From: an uncultured Gammaproteobacteria bacterium
Lineage (GTDB): Bacteria; Pseudomonadota; Gammaproteobacteria; JAURND01
Assembly: GCA_963714975.1 (NCBI GenBank)
Contig: CAVQQD010000002.1
Span: forward strand, 768,001 to 832,000
DNA length: 64,000 nt
Reading direction: 5' to 3'
The notes below the pieces were generated by a model. The model searched no databases and was not told the DNA's origin. It saw only the letters and a list, made by a program, of their open reading frames with translations. A program made the position numbers and the translations under genes. Of this stretch, positions 39,628-48,742 are shown one piece after another; position 1 is the first letter of the stretch; every line of letters starts with the position of its first letter.

Positions 39628-40866
39628 ATGCTGACAAGGAAATACACCGCTATTGGCGCCGTTGTTTTCGCATTATGCCCGCAATTAGTTTTGGCTAGCA
39701 ATTTTCAATTTTTTTCGGGCATTGATTATAATAACCCCGCGGATTTAACTTTTTTAGTTCAAGATACTCAAATTATTTTAGGATTCGAGTATTTTCCTCC
39801 TGCACCCCATGTCACGTTTAAAGGCAGTGTAATGGTACCCGATCCTACTGGTATGGGTAATAATGTTGTGACTACAGGTACAGCCAAAAATATTGGGAAT
39901 TCCAGCTTTCCCTATGGGCGCATTGCAAAACGACTATCTAAACAATGGGTCGCTAGTTTGGATGTGACAGAGCCTTTTAAGTCGGACATTATTTATCCTG
40001 GAGATTCAATTGTAAGATATGTGGTAACCGATTCTATCATTCATTCTGTCGATGTCGCGCCTAGTGTGGCTTATCAATTTGGAGGGGGCTTATCAAATTT
40101 GGCAGTGGGTTTTGGATTGGATGCGATGTATATGAAAATTGCCTTGAATTCGAAGTACCCCTCTTTTCCTATACCTCCTAATATACCTTTTGGTGCTGGT
40201 CCTGATGCTATTTTTACTAATGGAGCATCAAGTTGGAACTATGGTTGGCACGCAGGAGCCATTTATCATGTATCTAAATCAACCATTTTGGCCGCGAGTT
40301 ATTTTTCAGCCATAAAACAAAAATTTTCTCACGGCGAAAGTACTTTTACTGGATTCCCAGACAGCCACGATTTTGCTACGAGTCTTAATTTACCTGCCAC
40401 AAGCAATTTTAGTCTTACTCAGTTTATTGGCGAAAAAATGATTGTTTTTGCACAGGCAAGTTATTCACAGTGGCATCGTTTGCAGCAAACAATATTGTAT
40501 AATACTGCCGGCCCAGCTTCAGAAATTGTGCTCAATTTTCATTACCGAAATACCTGGCGCTATGGTTTAGCTGGGCGCTATAGTCTCACGCCTGACCTAT
40601 CTTTAGGTGGCATCATTTGTTATGACTCTACTCCTACCAATAATGCTGATAGGAATTTGGCATTACCAGGAGCTAATTTGTTTATCTTAGGTGGGTCAGC
40701 TGAATATAAATTGACTAAGGAATTAGCTCTACAATTAGAATATGGTCATGCATTTACCATTAATGTACCTCTGAATAATGTAGAGGAGGGCTCTGGCATT
40801 ACCACCGTGGGTAATGCCAGCATTTACGGTAATATATTCGGGGTGCAGTTGTCCTTTAATATCTAA
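39628..40866 (+). CDS. FadL/TodX (OmpP1)-like outer membrane channel
   Basis: Signal peptide, YNNPA hatch motif, PSVAYQ, YRNTWRYG, YDSTP; ATG 39628 follows the cupin stop. Confidence 0.8.
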   Translation: MLTRKYTAIGAVVFALCPQLVLASNFQFFSGIDYNNPADLTFLVQDTQIILGFEYFPPAPHVTFKGSVMVPDPTGMGNNVVTTGTAKNIGNSSFPYGRIAKRLSKQWVASLDVTEPFKSDIIYPGDSIVRYVVTDSIIHSVDVAPSVAYQFGGGLSNLAVGFGLDAMYMKIALNSKYPSFPIPPNIPFGAGPDAIFTNGASSWNYGWHAGAIYHVSKSTILAASYFSAIKQKFSHGESTFTGFPDSHDFATSLNLPATSNFSLTQFIGEKMIVFAQASYSQWHRLQQTILYNTAGPASEIVLNFHYRNTWRYGLAGRYSLTPDLSLGGIICYDSTPTNNADRNLALPGANLFILGGSAEYKLTKELALQLEYGHAFTINVPLNNVEEGSGITTVGNASIYGNIFGVQLSFNI

Positions 40867-40905
40867 TGTGGGGGGGGGCGGCGGTGGCCATTCAGCACAG
40901 GATAG

Positions 40906-40978
40906 AAACAGGCATCTATGGCGCCCCATCTATGGCCTATCTTTCGTTACTTCAACCTAGGCTCATAGCTGCCTGTTT
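40906..40978. terminator. Long inverted repeat between convergent fadL-like and halogenase genes
   Basis: AAACAGGCATCTATG ... CATAGCTGCCTGTTT followed by T's. Confidence 0.45.
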
Positions 40979-41003
40979 TTGCCAACTTTGGCAATAGGGT
41001 GAG

Positions 41004-42590
41004 TTACACTAAGGTTTCTGCTTTCTTTTGATTATACAAGTGCTGCAAGTATTGATATTGAGAAGGCAGTTTTTCTGCTAATTCACCTGACTTGATTTGG
41101 ATTTCTTGTATAAGTTGTTCGCCTCTTTGCATAATATCATGGCGAAAATTAAGAATAGGCATAGCAGTATGGGGTAATTGACCGACGCCACATAAAATAC
41201 ATTGGTAATTAGTGTTTGTCCAAAAGGTTTCAAATTGAGCTGCGAAAGAGCTATACAGCTCATTATCGGGTTGTGTGCTTTGTCGAATAGGGAGCCCAGC
41301 TTTTTGACGATTCAATGTTTGCTGTAAATATTCAGGCATTTTTGTTTCGTACTTATTAGCCTTCCAAAATGGTGTGTCTTCACGTTGCGCAGTTTTAAAG
41401 TGCATGATAATAAAATTTTTCACATCTTCAACCATATAGGATATTTTTTGATTAAATTTATCCCGATAGACTGGATCAATATTTTTATTGGGGAAATTTT
41501 TAATTAATTGATAGAGTGCTGCGTAAATAAAGTAAATTCCAGTAGATTCCAGAGGTTCCAAAAAGCTACTAGATAGCCCAATGCCCACGCAATTGTTTAC
41601 CCAGGCATGGCGGCGTCTACGCGATTGAAATTTAATGAAACGAATTTTTGCTTGCTCGCCGCGTTTGCCAAAAAATGCTCTCACTTCTTTTTCTGCTTCA
41701 TCGTCGCTAATAAATTGGCTGGAATAGACATAGCCATTTCCTGTACGATAAAATAACGGAATTTCCCATACCCATCCCGCCTTAAGAGCGGTTGCTGAAG
41801 TAAAAGGGCGAATACCTTTAATTTCAGCAGATTCTTCAAAATTAATCGAAATTGCACGATCGGTTAATAAGCTTTCTTCAAATGAAACTATGGGCTCATG
41901 TAGAGTTTTTTCAATTAAAAACCCATTAAACCCTGAGCAATCAATAAATAGGTCTGCAGCATATTTTTTTCCAGATTCACTTACCACGCATTTAATATTC
42001 CCTTGTTCATCTAATTCAACATGCGTCAAATTATCAGACACATAATTAATTCCATGCTTAATCGACCATTTTTGTAAAAAATTAGCTAGTAATAGTGCGT
42101 CAAAATGGTATGCATAATGCTGTACTGGCGTGCCATTTAAAAATTTAGGAGATTTATTGAGTTCCCACGCTTTAGCAGTCGAAAAGCAGGCATGGTCCAT
42201 GGGAATATTAAAATTCTCTTCTAGTCGTTTTTTAATCCATATATGAGTTAATGGCACTTCGTCAATCGTTGGAACTTCACCGAAATTATGATGATAGCTA
42301 TCACCTCCAGTTTCAGGAGGGATTTTCCAATTAATAAATTTTACTCCCAGTTTGTAAGTGGCTTGACAACTTGGCATCCATTCTTCTTCCGAAAGTCCCA
42401 AGTGATCAAAAAATTCTGTTTTTATTGTAGGGATGGTAGCTTCTCCTACACCAATTCTAGGAACAGAGGGAGACTCGATAACAGTTATATTAACTTTAAA
42501 GCCTAAAGATTTTCCGATGTAAGCAGCAGACATCCAGCCGGAGCTTCCACCACCAACAATAATAATATTCTGAATTTTTTCTTGTTCCAT
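41004..42590 (-). CDS. Flavin-dependent tryptophan halogenase (PrnA/RebH-like)
   Basis: IVGGGSSGW, IGVGEATIP, catalytic K in ATYKLGVKF, WVWEIP, FLEPLESTG; PrnA-like segments HHNFGEVP..DEVPLTH.W and FETFWTNTNY. Confidence 0.93.
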   Translation of the reverse strand: MEQEKIQNIIIVGGGSSGWMSAAYIGKSLGFKVNITVIESPSVPRIGVGEATIPTIKTEFFDHLGLSEEEWMPSCQATYKLGVKFINWKIPPETGGDSYHHNFGEVPTIDEVPLTHIWIKKRLEENFNIPMDHACFSTAKAWELNKSPKFLNGTPVQHYAYHFDALLLANFLQKWSIKHGINYVSDNLTHVELDEQGNIKCVVSESGKKYAADLFIDCSGFNGFLIEKTLHEPIVSFEESLLTDRAISINFEESAEIKGIRPFTSATALKAGWVWEIPLFYRTGNGYVYSSQFISDDEAEKEVRAFFGKRGEQAKIRFIKFQSRRRRHAWVNNCVGIGLSSSFLEPLESTGIYFIYAALYQLIKNFPNKNIDPVYRDKFNQKISYMVEDVKNFIIMHFKTAQREDTPFWKANKYETKMPEYLQQTLNRQKAGLPIRQSTQPDNELYSSFAAQFETFWTNTNYQCILCGVGQLPHTAMPILNFRHDIMQRGEQLIQEIQIKSGELAEKLPSQYQYLQHLYNQKKAETLV

Positions 42591-42627
42591 AAGGGGTACT
42601 CCTATTTTGATTCGAAAATAATGGCAC

Positions 42628-42719
42628 GTTGTCCCTGCACGGAAGCAGGGATCCAGTCTTCAGGATGCAAAAGCTTCACGTCCTTGTTGCCTGGATCCTG
42701 GCATCCGTGCCAGGACGAC
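42628..42719. repeat. Family-2 MITE-like element overlapping the 3' end of the PLP enzyme gene
   Basis: Homologous to 57923-58016, including the internal spacer. Confidence 0.8.
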
Positions 42720-43785
42720 AGCGGTGCGTTAAGACATTAATTACTCTGTTGTTTTCATTTTTGTTTCCTAAGGTAATTCTAGCCGTGTTATGAAGCTCCT
42801 CAGGGCGCCACAGTACTTTAATGTTAGCATCATTAAAGCGATCAATTATTGTATGAGCATCAGTGAATTCGATGCAGATAAAATTAGTTTCACTAGAATA
42901 AATTTTTTTAATTAATGGAGAATTTTTAATTGCGTCTATAACCCGTATTCGTTCTTGTCGTATTTGTTCAATTCCATGATGTAGAAGTTCTGGATGATTC
43001 AGTTGTTGTTGTAACATATTCTCAATTGGACCCGGCATGTTATATGGAGGCTGGACCCGTTTCAGCGTGTCTATAATTTTTTCATTAGCAATTAATGCGC
43101 CAACCCGAAGGCTTGCCATTCCTAATGCCTTAGAACAAGTTCTAAGTATAATCAAATTAGGGTATTCTAATATTTTATTTAAATAGGAAGGCTTTTTTGA
43201 AAATTCGACATAAGCCTCATCAATAATAATTAGATTTGAAAATTTATCTAAAATGTTGATTATATTTTCGGGATTAATTCGCGATCCTAATGGATTATTG
43301 GGGTCACACAGTAACAAAAGTTTTGCCTTGTGGTTAATTATTTTTGTAATGGGTAATTGTGCTCCGTCAAGTTCAAGGTCGAACAGAACGGGGTGAATTC
43401 TATATAATTGAGCCCAATGGATAAAGGCACTAAAAGTAGGTGGAGTTAGGATTACTTCGTCCAGATTGGGTTCAGCAAATGCCTTAAATACTAGGTCTAA
43501 TGCATCGACAGCACCAGTAGAAAATAAAATATTACGAAAATTAAGTGGATTATCCTTAATAGGGAGGCTTTGAGTTTTTTGATCAAGTTTCCAAATAAAA
43601 TCTAGGTAATGTTGTTTAATACTTCTTTGATGAAGATCAGGGTAATGTTTAAAGGTCCCACCGAATGCATTAGTATTATTATTTAATAGCAACTGTGCGT
43701 TGTCAAAAACTTGATTTTCAGCTAGCGGTCCGGGGAAAGATAATTTTTTAACATTTTTTCTAGAAAGTTCATGAGCATTACTCAT
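42676..43785 (-). CDS. HisC/CobD-fold PLP-dependent aminotransferase or decarboxylase
   Basis: CDPNNPLG, IDEAYVEF, RTCSKALGMASLRVG. Confidence 0.85.
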   Translation of the reverse strand: MSNAHELSRKNVKKLSFPGPLAENQVFDNAQLLLNNNTNAFGGTFKHYPDLHQRSIKQHYLDFIWKLDQKTQSLPIKDNPLNFRNILFSTGAVDALDLVFKAFAEPNLDEVILTPPTFSAFIHWAQLYRIHPVLFDLELDGAQLPITKIINHKAKLLLLCDPNNPLGSRINPENIINILDKFSNLIIIDEAYVEFSKKPSYLNKILEYPNLIILRTCSKALGMASLRVGALIANEKIIDTLKRVQPPYNMPGPIENMLQQQLNHPELLHHGIEQIRQERIRVIDAIKNSPLIKKIYSSETNFICIEFTDAHTIIDRFNDANIKVLWRPEELHNTARITLGNKNENNRVINVLTHRCRPGTDARIQATRT

Positions 43786-44728
43786 ATTTTTTCTCCTTAT
43801 CCATTAATGAGTAAACTCTTGAGGAAAAAGCGTCTACCATTTTCCAAGATTCTTCCAATACTTCATTGATACGTTTTGCTGTGTGTAAATTTTCTATTAA
43901 CAATGGTTGTTCGTCATTTAAATTTGTTTTTATTAGGTTGAATGTTGTCGGAAATTTTATGTTAGTAATTTCATAAGATTCGCAAATATTAATAAATAAG
44001 TTAGTAACAGGTTTTGTGATTAAATGATTAATGGCTATTTTTTCCATTTGATCTAAAATGAGTGTTTGATAAATGAACCATTCTGCTAGAGATTCTAAGG
44101 TCAAGTCAAAAGATTTTTCTTCTATTGTCTGTCTTGAGAGGAAAGGTTCTTGACATTTGTTAAACCAAATTTGTATAGCATTAGAAAATATTTCTCGTTT
44201 TTTTAAATTATTTAACAGTCCAGATTTAATTTTTTTAAAGAGAAGATTAGAATAAAATTGATTTATATATTTTTGGTTTTTTTTAAGTGTTTGTGTCAAA
44301 ATTAATTTTTGCTTTGAGTTTGTTTTTGCTGTTGTATAAGTATCTTGATAAAACTCATTGCCTAATTGGATGCATACACTATGCAAACCTTTTGGGCCAG
44401 CAATGAAGGAGTGAGATTGTCCAGCTGGAATTAATACTGTATCACCTTCTTTTATTTTAGTATAAGAGTTTTCTCCAATAAATTTACCACTTCCAGAAAT
44501 AAACAATAATAGATGTGGAAATAAATTTTCATGGAGCGGCATAGTATGATCGGGTTTTAAATATCCTATGTTAATGGATAATGCAGAAATAGATGGTAAA
44601 ATTTTATGTAAGGATTCGTGCCATGTCAAATCCCTAAACTGTCCTATATGGTGGATTTTTCCTTGAAGTTCTATCCATTCTACAGGTGCTATATCCATTA
44701 ACTTTAAATGAATAATTTTTTTGGTCAT
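43778..44728 (-). CDS. Cupin plus degenerate HDO-like domain (paralog B)
   Basis: Cupin PLH.....H / GDTVLIPAGQSH; C-terminal half aligns to paralog A (WF.YQ...LD..EK.A..HLI) but lacks the diiron ligands. Confidence 0.75.
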   Translation of the reverse strand: MTKKIIHLKLMDIAPVEWIELQGKIHHIGQFRDLTWHESLHKILPSISALSINIGYLKPDHTMPLHENLFPHLLLFISGSGKFIGENSYTKIKEGDTVLIPAGQSHSFIAGPKGLHSVCIQLGNEFYQDTYTTAKTNSKQKLILTQTLKKNQKYINQFYSNLLFKKIKSGLLNNLKKREIFSNAIQIWFNKCQEPFLSRQTIEEKSFDLTLESLAEWFIYQTLILDQMEKIAINHLITKPVTNLFINICESYEITNIKFPTTFNLIKTNLNDEQPLLIENLHTAKRINEVLEESWKMVDAFSSRVYSLMDKEKKYE

Positions 44729-44752
44729 GTGGAACCTCCAAAGATTACTCCA

Positions 44753-45777
44753 TTAATCTTTTTGATCAGATAAAACCGCAATACGATTCAGCATGATATT
44801 TAGCATCTCCCAGCCTTTATCGATAACCTGGTGCAATCGTCGATAAGTAAGCGCATCTTGACCCTTAAGTAATTTTTTCCCCATTTGTGCATGTTCATCA
44901 TCTCCTTCCCCGTGAATATCGAAATAATTTGAATGAACATTTTTTCCTACTTTTTCCTTAGCCCAGTTTCCATAATAAGATCCTCCTGTTTCAAGGATTA
45001 AGTGGATTAGAGCAGTTTTTTCTATATTATCTAATACAAACATTTGATAGCAAAACCAACTAGAGCTTGCATGTAAAATAGGATCTTTAATAACATGCTT
45101 GTTTTCACGATTTGCAAGTAATTCATTATGCCCAAATTCTTCTTGAAGATGTTTTAGAAATAGTGGTATGTATGTTTTGTCTTCACAAGTTGCTTCTCTA
45201 CTAAACATAATGAGCTGAAAATAATCAGAAAATACCTGGACGCAATCTAAGAATCGTTGTTTTTTAAGAGAACTTAAGTGCGTTTTGTTTTTCAGAAGAC
45301 TGAAAAATTCATTGTTCAAGGTTTTTTTTAAGCGTAATTGATTGTGCAATAATAATCCATCAAAGGTAAGCGCATATGATTTATAATTATCGACAGGTGT
45401 TTTGTTTTTTTTAAATGTTTTGAGATTAAGTTGTATTTGTATGCCTTGTAGCCCTTCCACACTAATTTTATTGAAGCCATAAGGGCATTGCTGTGGGATC
45501 AGTAGTATGTCACCAGCACAGATTTTCGGATCTTAGTGCCTATAAGATTAGCTGATCCCTGATATATATAAATCAGGGTACCTAGCGGTTCAGTTCTAAT
45601 TGCTAATTCATTATTTTTTTGGCCAAAAATCCAAGAAACATTAAATTGCTTGTTATTAGGTAATAATTTTTTAAGGATAGCATGATGATGCAGAGTTTTT
45701 ATATTTCTTATACTTGGAATTTGTTCTTGATGAATAATTTTTGATTTTTCAAGCGTTACACTAGTCATTTTTTCCAT
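44753..45777 (-). CDS. Degenerate cupin plus heme-oxygenase-like diiron oxidase (paralog A); one frameshift near 45523-45526
   Basis: Adding one A joins ORFs 45499-45789 and 44753-45460 (GTKIRKICAGDILLIPQQCPYGFNKISVEGLQG). HDO-type ligands: EEFGH, HLILE, HGEGDDEH (HxxxDxxH). Confidence 0.75.
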
Positions 45778-45829
45778 AAACAACTCCATGTGTAGTCGTA
45801 ACTACTTACGCCATAGCCAGCTCAGTTCC

Positions 45830-45870
45830 GTCGTCCCGCTCCCGCGATCAAGTCGCGGGAGCGGGACGAC
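45830..45870. repeat. Family-2 palindrome with an 18-bp perfect stem
   Basis: GTCGTCCCGCTCCCGCGA-TCAAG-TCGCGGGAGCGGGACGAC. Confidence 0.85.
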
Positions 45871-45877
45871 AATAATG

Positions 45878-47164
45878 CTAGTAATAAATATATTTTTTTT
45901 CTTTTTTATATAATAAATTATACAATGGTGAGGTGATCATTGTCGTAATAATTGCCATAGTAACTAATATTGTAAATAAAGCGTGAGTTATAATGTGTTG
46001 TTGGAGCCCTATGTTGAGCACTATTAGCTCCATAAGGCCTCTTGTGTTCATGAGAATTCCTATTCCTATAGAGTCACGCCAGTTTATACCGGTAATTTTA
46101 GCTGCAAACATTGTGCTTAACCCTTTTCCTAGTATAGCAGTTAATAAGACGACTGCTAAAAGGCCTAACAAATCTATTGAATTTATTAAATTGATTTGTG
46201 TGTTTAGGCCTGAAAATACGAAAAATATGGGCAGTAATAATGAATTAGTGACATGTTCGAGTTTTTGTTTTATCTTAATACTCAAATCTCTAGCTCTAGG
46301 GATAATAATCCCAGCTATAAAAGCACCAAATACCGAATATGTTCCAGCATGATCAGTAAACCAAGAGCAAATCATTAACCCTGCTAAAATTGTTCCTAAT
46401 GTTGCATTAGAGTTTAATTTAATTTTATCGAACACGGAAAAAAATTTTCCTAGAGGTTTTTTTATTAATAACATAACCACTATAAACGACGTTGTTCCGA
46501 GTATAGCTAATAATGCAATGTTTATATTGCTTTTTAGACCACTTAATAAAATGGCGAAAATAATCCATGCTAACAAGTCACCTAATGTACCAGCAGACAA
46601 GGCAATTAATCCCAGTTCGGTATGTACCGCATTTTTTTCCTCTAAAATGCGTGCTAGTATAGGCAGAGCAGTAATTGAAAGTGCAGTACCAAGAAAGATA
46701 CTTTTAGATATATCAGAAATTGATTCATTGAATAAATTAAGCTGACTAGGTAAATATAGAAATAATACTACGCCCAATAAAAATGGGATACATGTTCCTA
46801 TGCTGGCAATAAAAGCTGCTGATTTGTATTGATTTTTTAAAATTTTAATATCAAGTTCTAAACCGACCTGAAACATATATAATACAATTCCTATCTGACT
46901 TATGGAAAATAATATTGACATTGATGGATTGGGGATCGTCTTATGGTTTGCCAGCAAGTATTCTGTAGTTGGGAAAATCCAGCTATGTAAATCAGGGAAG
47001 AGTAATCCGAAGAATGAGGGTCCTAATAAAATTCCGGCGACCATTTCACATATTACATTAGTTTGTGAAAAAAATTTATTACCAATATAACTGATAGCCC
47101 TGCAAAAAAATAAAATTATAGCAAGTTGGATAAAAAGTCTTAGTATTAAATCAGAATAAGACAT
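45878..47164 (-). CDS. Cation:proton antiporter (CPA2, single domain)
   Basis: EMVAGILLGPS, SITALPILARIL, FGAFIAG, LMNTRGLMELIVLNIG. Confidence 0.9.
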   Translation of the reverse strand: MSYSDLILRLFIQLAIILFFCRAISYIGNKFFSQTNVICEMVAGILLGPSFFGLLFPDLHSWIFPTTEYLLANHKTIPNPSMSILFSISQIGIVLYMFQVGLELDIKILKNQYKSAAFIASIGTCIPFLLGVVLFLYLPSQLNLFNESISDISKSIFLGTALSITALPILARILEEKNAVHTELGLIALSAGTLGDLLAWIIFAILLSGLKSNINIALLAILGTTSFIVVMLLIKKPLGKFFSVFDKIKLNSNATLGTILAGLMICSWFTDHAGTYSVFGAFIAGIIIPRARDLSIKIKQKLEHVTNSLLLPIFFVFSGLNTQINLINSIDLLGLLAVVLLTAILGKGLSTMFAAKITGINWRDSIGIGILMNTRGLMELIVLNIGLQQHIITHALFTILVTMAIITTMITSPLYNLLYKKEKKYIYY

Positions 47165-47212
47165 TGGAAGTTACCTTTAGGCCACTGTTCAAGCCATAAC
47201 CAGCTTCACCAT

Positions 47213-47260
47213 GTCGTCCCCCGCGGACAATCCCGCGATCAAGTCGTGAGAGCAGACGAC
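47213..47260. repeat. Degenerate family-2 repeat
   Basis: GTCGTCCC...CCCGCGATCAAGTCG...GACGAC; preceded by GCCATA.CCAGCT as at 45810. Confidence 0.7.
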
Positions 47261-47276
47261 GGTGTGAGTAGTTACT

Positions 47277-48707
47277 CTATATTTCAAATTTTTGGGCTTC
47301 TCTTTCATATAAGCCTTCAAAGCGAACTACATCATCATCATTTATGTAACTCCCCATTTGTATCTCTAAAATTTCAAGAACTTCTTCTGAAGTATTTTCA
47401 ATACTATGCAGCATTTTTGGTGGAATATAAGTTGATTGGTTTTCATTTAAAAATAAAATTTCATCGCCACGGGTAATTTTAGCTTGCCCAGAAATGACAA
47501 CCCAATGTTCTCCTCGGAAGCGATGCATCTGCAAAGCAATGCAACCTCTGGGCAAAATACAGACATTTCGGATTTGATAATTAGTGTTAGATTCAATTAT
47601 TTTATAATGACCCCAAATGCGAAATACTTGCTGCGACATAGTTGCCTCAGGGCGATTTTTTTTCTCTAGTATTTTTACCATATTAGCAATTTCTTGGCTT
47701 GATTCTTTATCTGCAACTAAAATTACATCAGGAGTATCTACTACTACGATATCCTTAACTCCTACCGCAGCTATTAAACGCTTATCCGACCTTAAGTAAG
47801 AGTTTTTAGAATTCAATGCAACAACATTACCAATCGTAACATTTTGATCTTTATCTTTTTGAGTAATCTTATAAAGTGACTTCCAATTTCCTATATCAAT
47901 AAATTTGGTATTTAATTTTGTGGTCACAATATTTTGTGATTTTTCCATTACTGCATAGTCTATGGATATATCAGGGGCTTTTTCAAAGTCATCTCGATTG
48001 ACAAGTAATTTTTTGTTTTGTAACGTTTGATATTTTATTGCCTCTTTACAAGCATGAAATATTTTTGGAGAATGTTTTTCAAGTTCTTCTAAAATTACCG
48101 AAGCACGAAACATGAAAATTCCAGAATTCCACGTATATTTATCTTGGGTAAGGAATTTTTTTGCTGTTTGTAAATCTGGTTTTTCAATAAAACCATTAAC
48201 ATTGAATACATCATTGTTTGAAAAAACTTCTCCAGATTCGAGGTAACCGTAGTTCATATCGGCGTGATTAGGTTTCACACCAAAAGCAACTATTTTATTT
48301 TCTGTAGCCGCTTGTTTGGTTTTTTGAATCGCTTGGACTAATTTACGTGGATTTTGAATATAATGATCGATTGGCATTACTAATAAGATAGGATCTTTGA
48401 AATACTGTTTGGCACATAAAGCTGCAAGCGTAACAGCTGCAGCACTTCCACGGGCTACAGGTTCTAGAATTAAACATGAATAATCAAAATTTAATTCACG
48501 TACTTGTAAATCAATTATATAACGTCGGTTAAAATTACAAACAATAATGGGTGCTTTGATTTCCGAAAATTCTCGCAATCGTTCCAAAGTATTTTGCAAT
48601 AAAGATTTTTCATTATATAAAGACAATAATTGCTTAGGGTGTTGTTCGCGCGACAATGGCCATAAACGTTTTCCAAAACCACCAGACAATATGACAGGAA
48701 GGATCAT
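47277..48707 (-). CDS. manC: Mannose-1-phosphate guanylyltransferase/mannose-6-phosphate isomerase
   Basis: PVILSGGFGKRLWPLSR, FIEKP, WNSGIF, SIDYAVMEK, C-terminal cupin LQMHRFRGEHW. Confidence 0.9.
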   Translation of the reverse strand: MILPVILSGGFGKRLWPLSREQHPKQLLSLYNEKSLLQNTLERLREFSEIKAPIIVCNFNRRYIIDLQVRELNFDYSCLILEPVARGSAAAVTLAALCAKQYFKDPILLVMPIDHYIQNPRKLVQAIQKTKQAATENKIVAFGVKPNHADMNYGYLESGEVFSNNDVFNVNGFIEKPDLQTAKKFLTQDKYTWNSGIFMFRASVILEELEKHSPKIFHACKEAIKYQTLQNKKLLVNRDDFEKAPDISIDYAVMEKSQNIVTTKLNTKFIDIGNWKSLYKITQKDKDQNVTIGNVVALNSKNSYLRSDKRLIAAVGVKDIVVVDTPDVILVADKESSQEIANMVKILEKKNRPEATMSQQVFRIWGHYKIIESNTNYQIRNVCILPRGCIALQMHRFRGEHWVVISGQAKITRGDEILFLNENQSTYIPPKMLHSIENTSEEVLEILEIQMGSYINDDDVVRFEGLYEREAQKFEI

Positions 48708-48742
48708 CCATTTTACTCCTATTAATTGGCTTCTATTAGGCG

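Noticed and set aside
42676-43785. Housekeeping hisC
   Set aside because: The fold fits, but there are no his genes nearby, the N-terminal motif is diverged, and it is embedded in the halogenase cluster. Symbol withheld.
41004-47164. Pyrrolnitrin (prnABCD) cluster
   Set aside because: Only a PrnA-like gene is present; there is no PrnB, second halogenase or Rieske PrnD.
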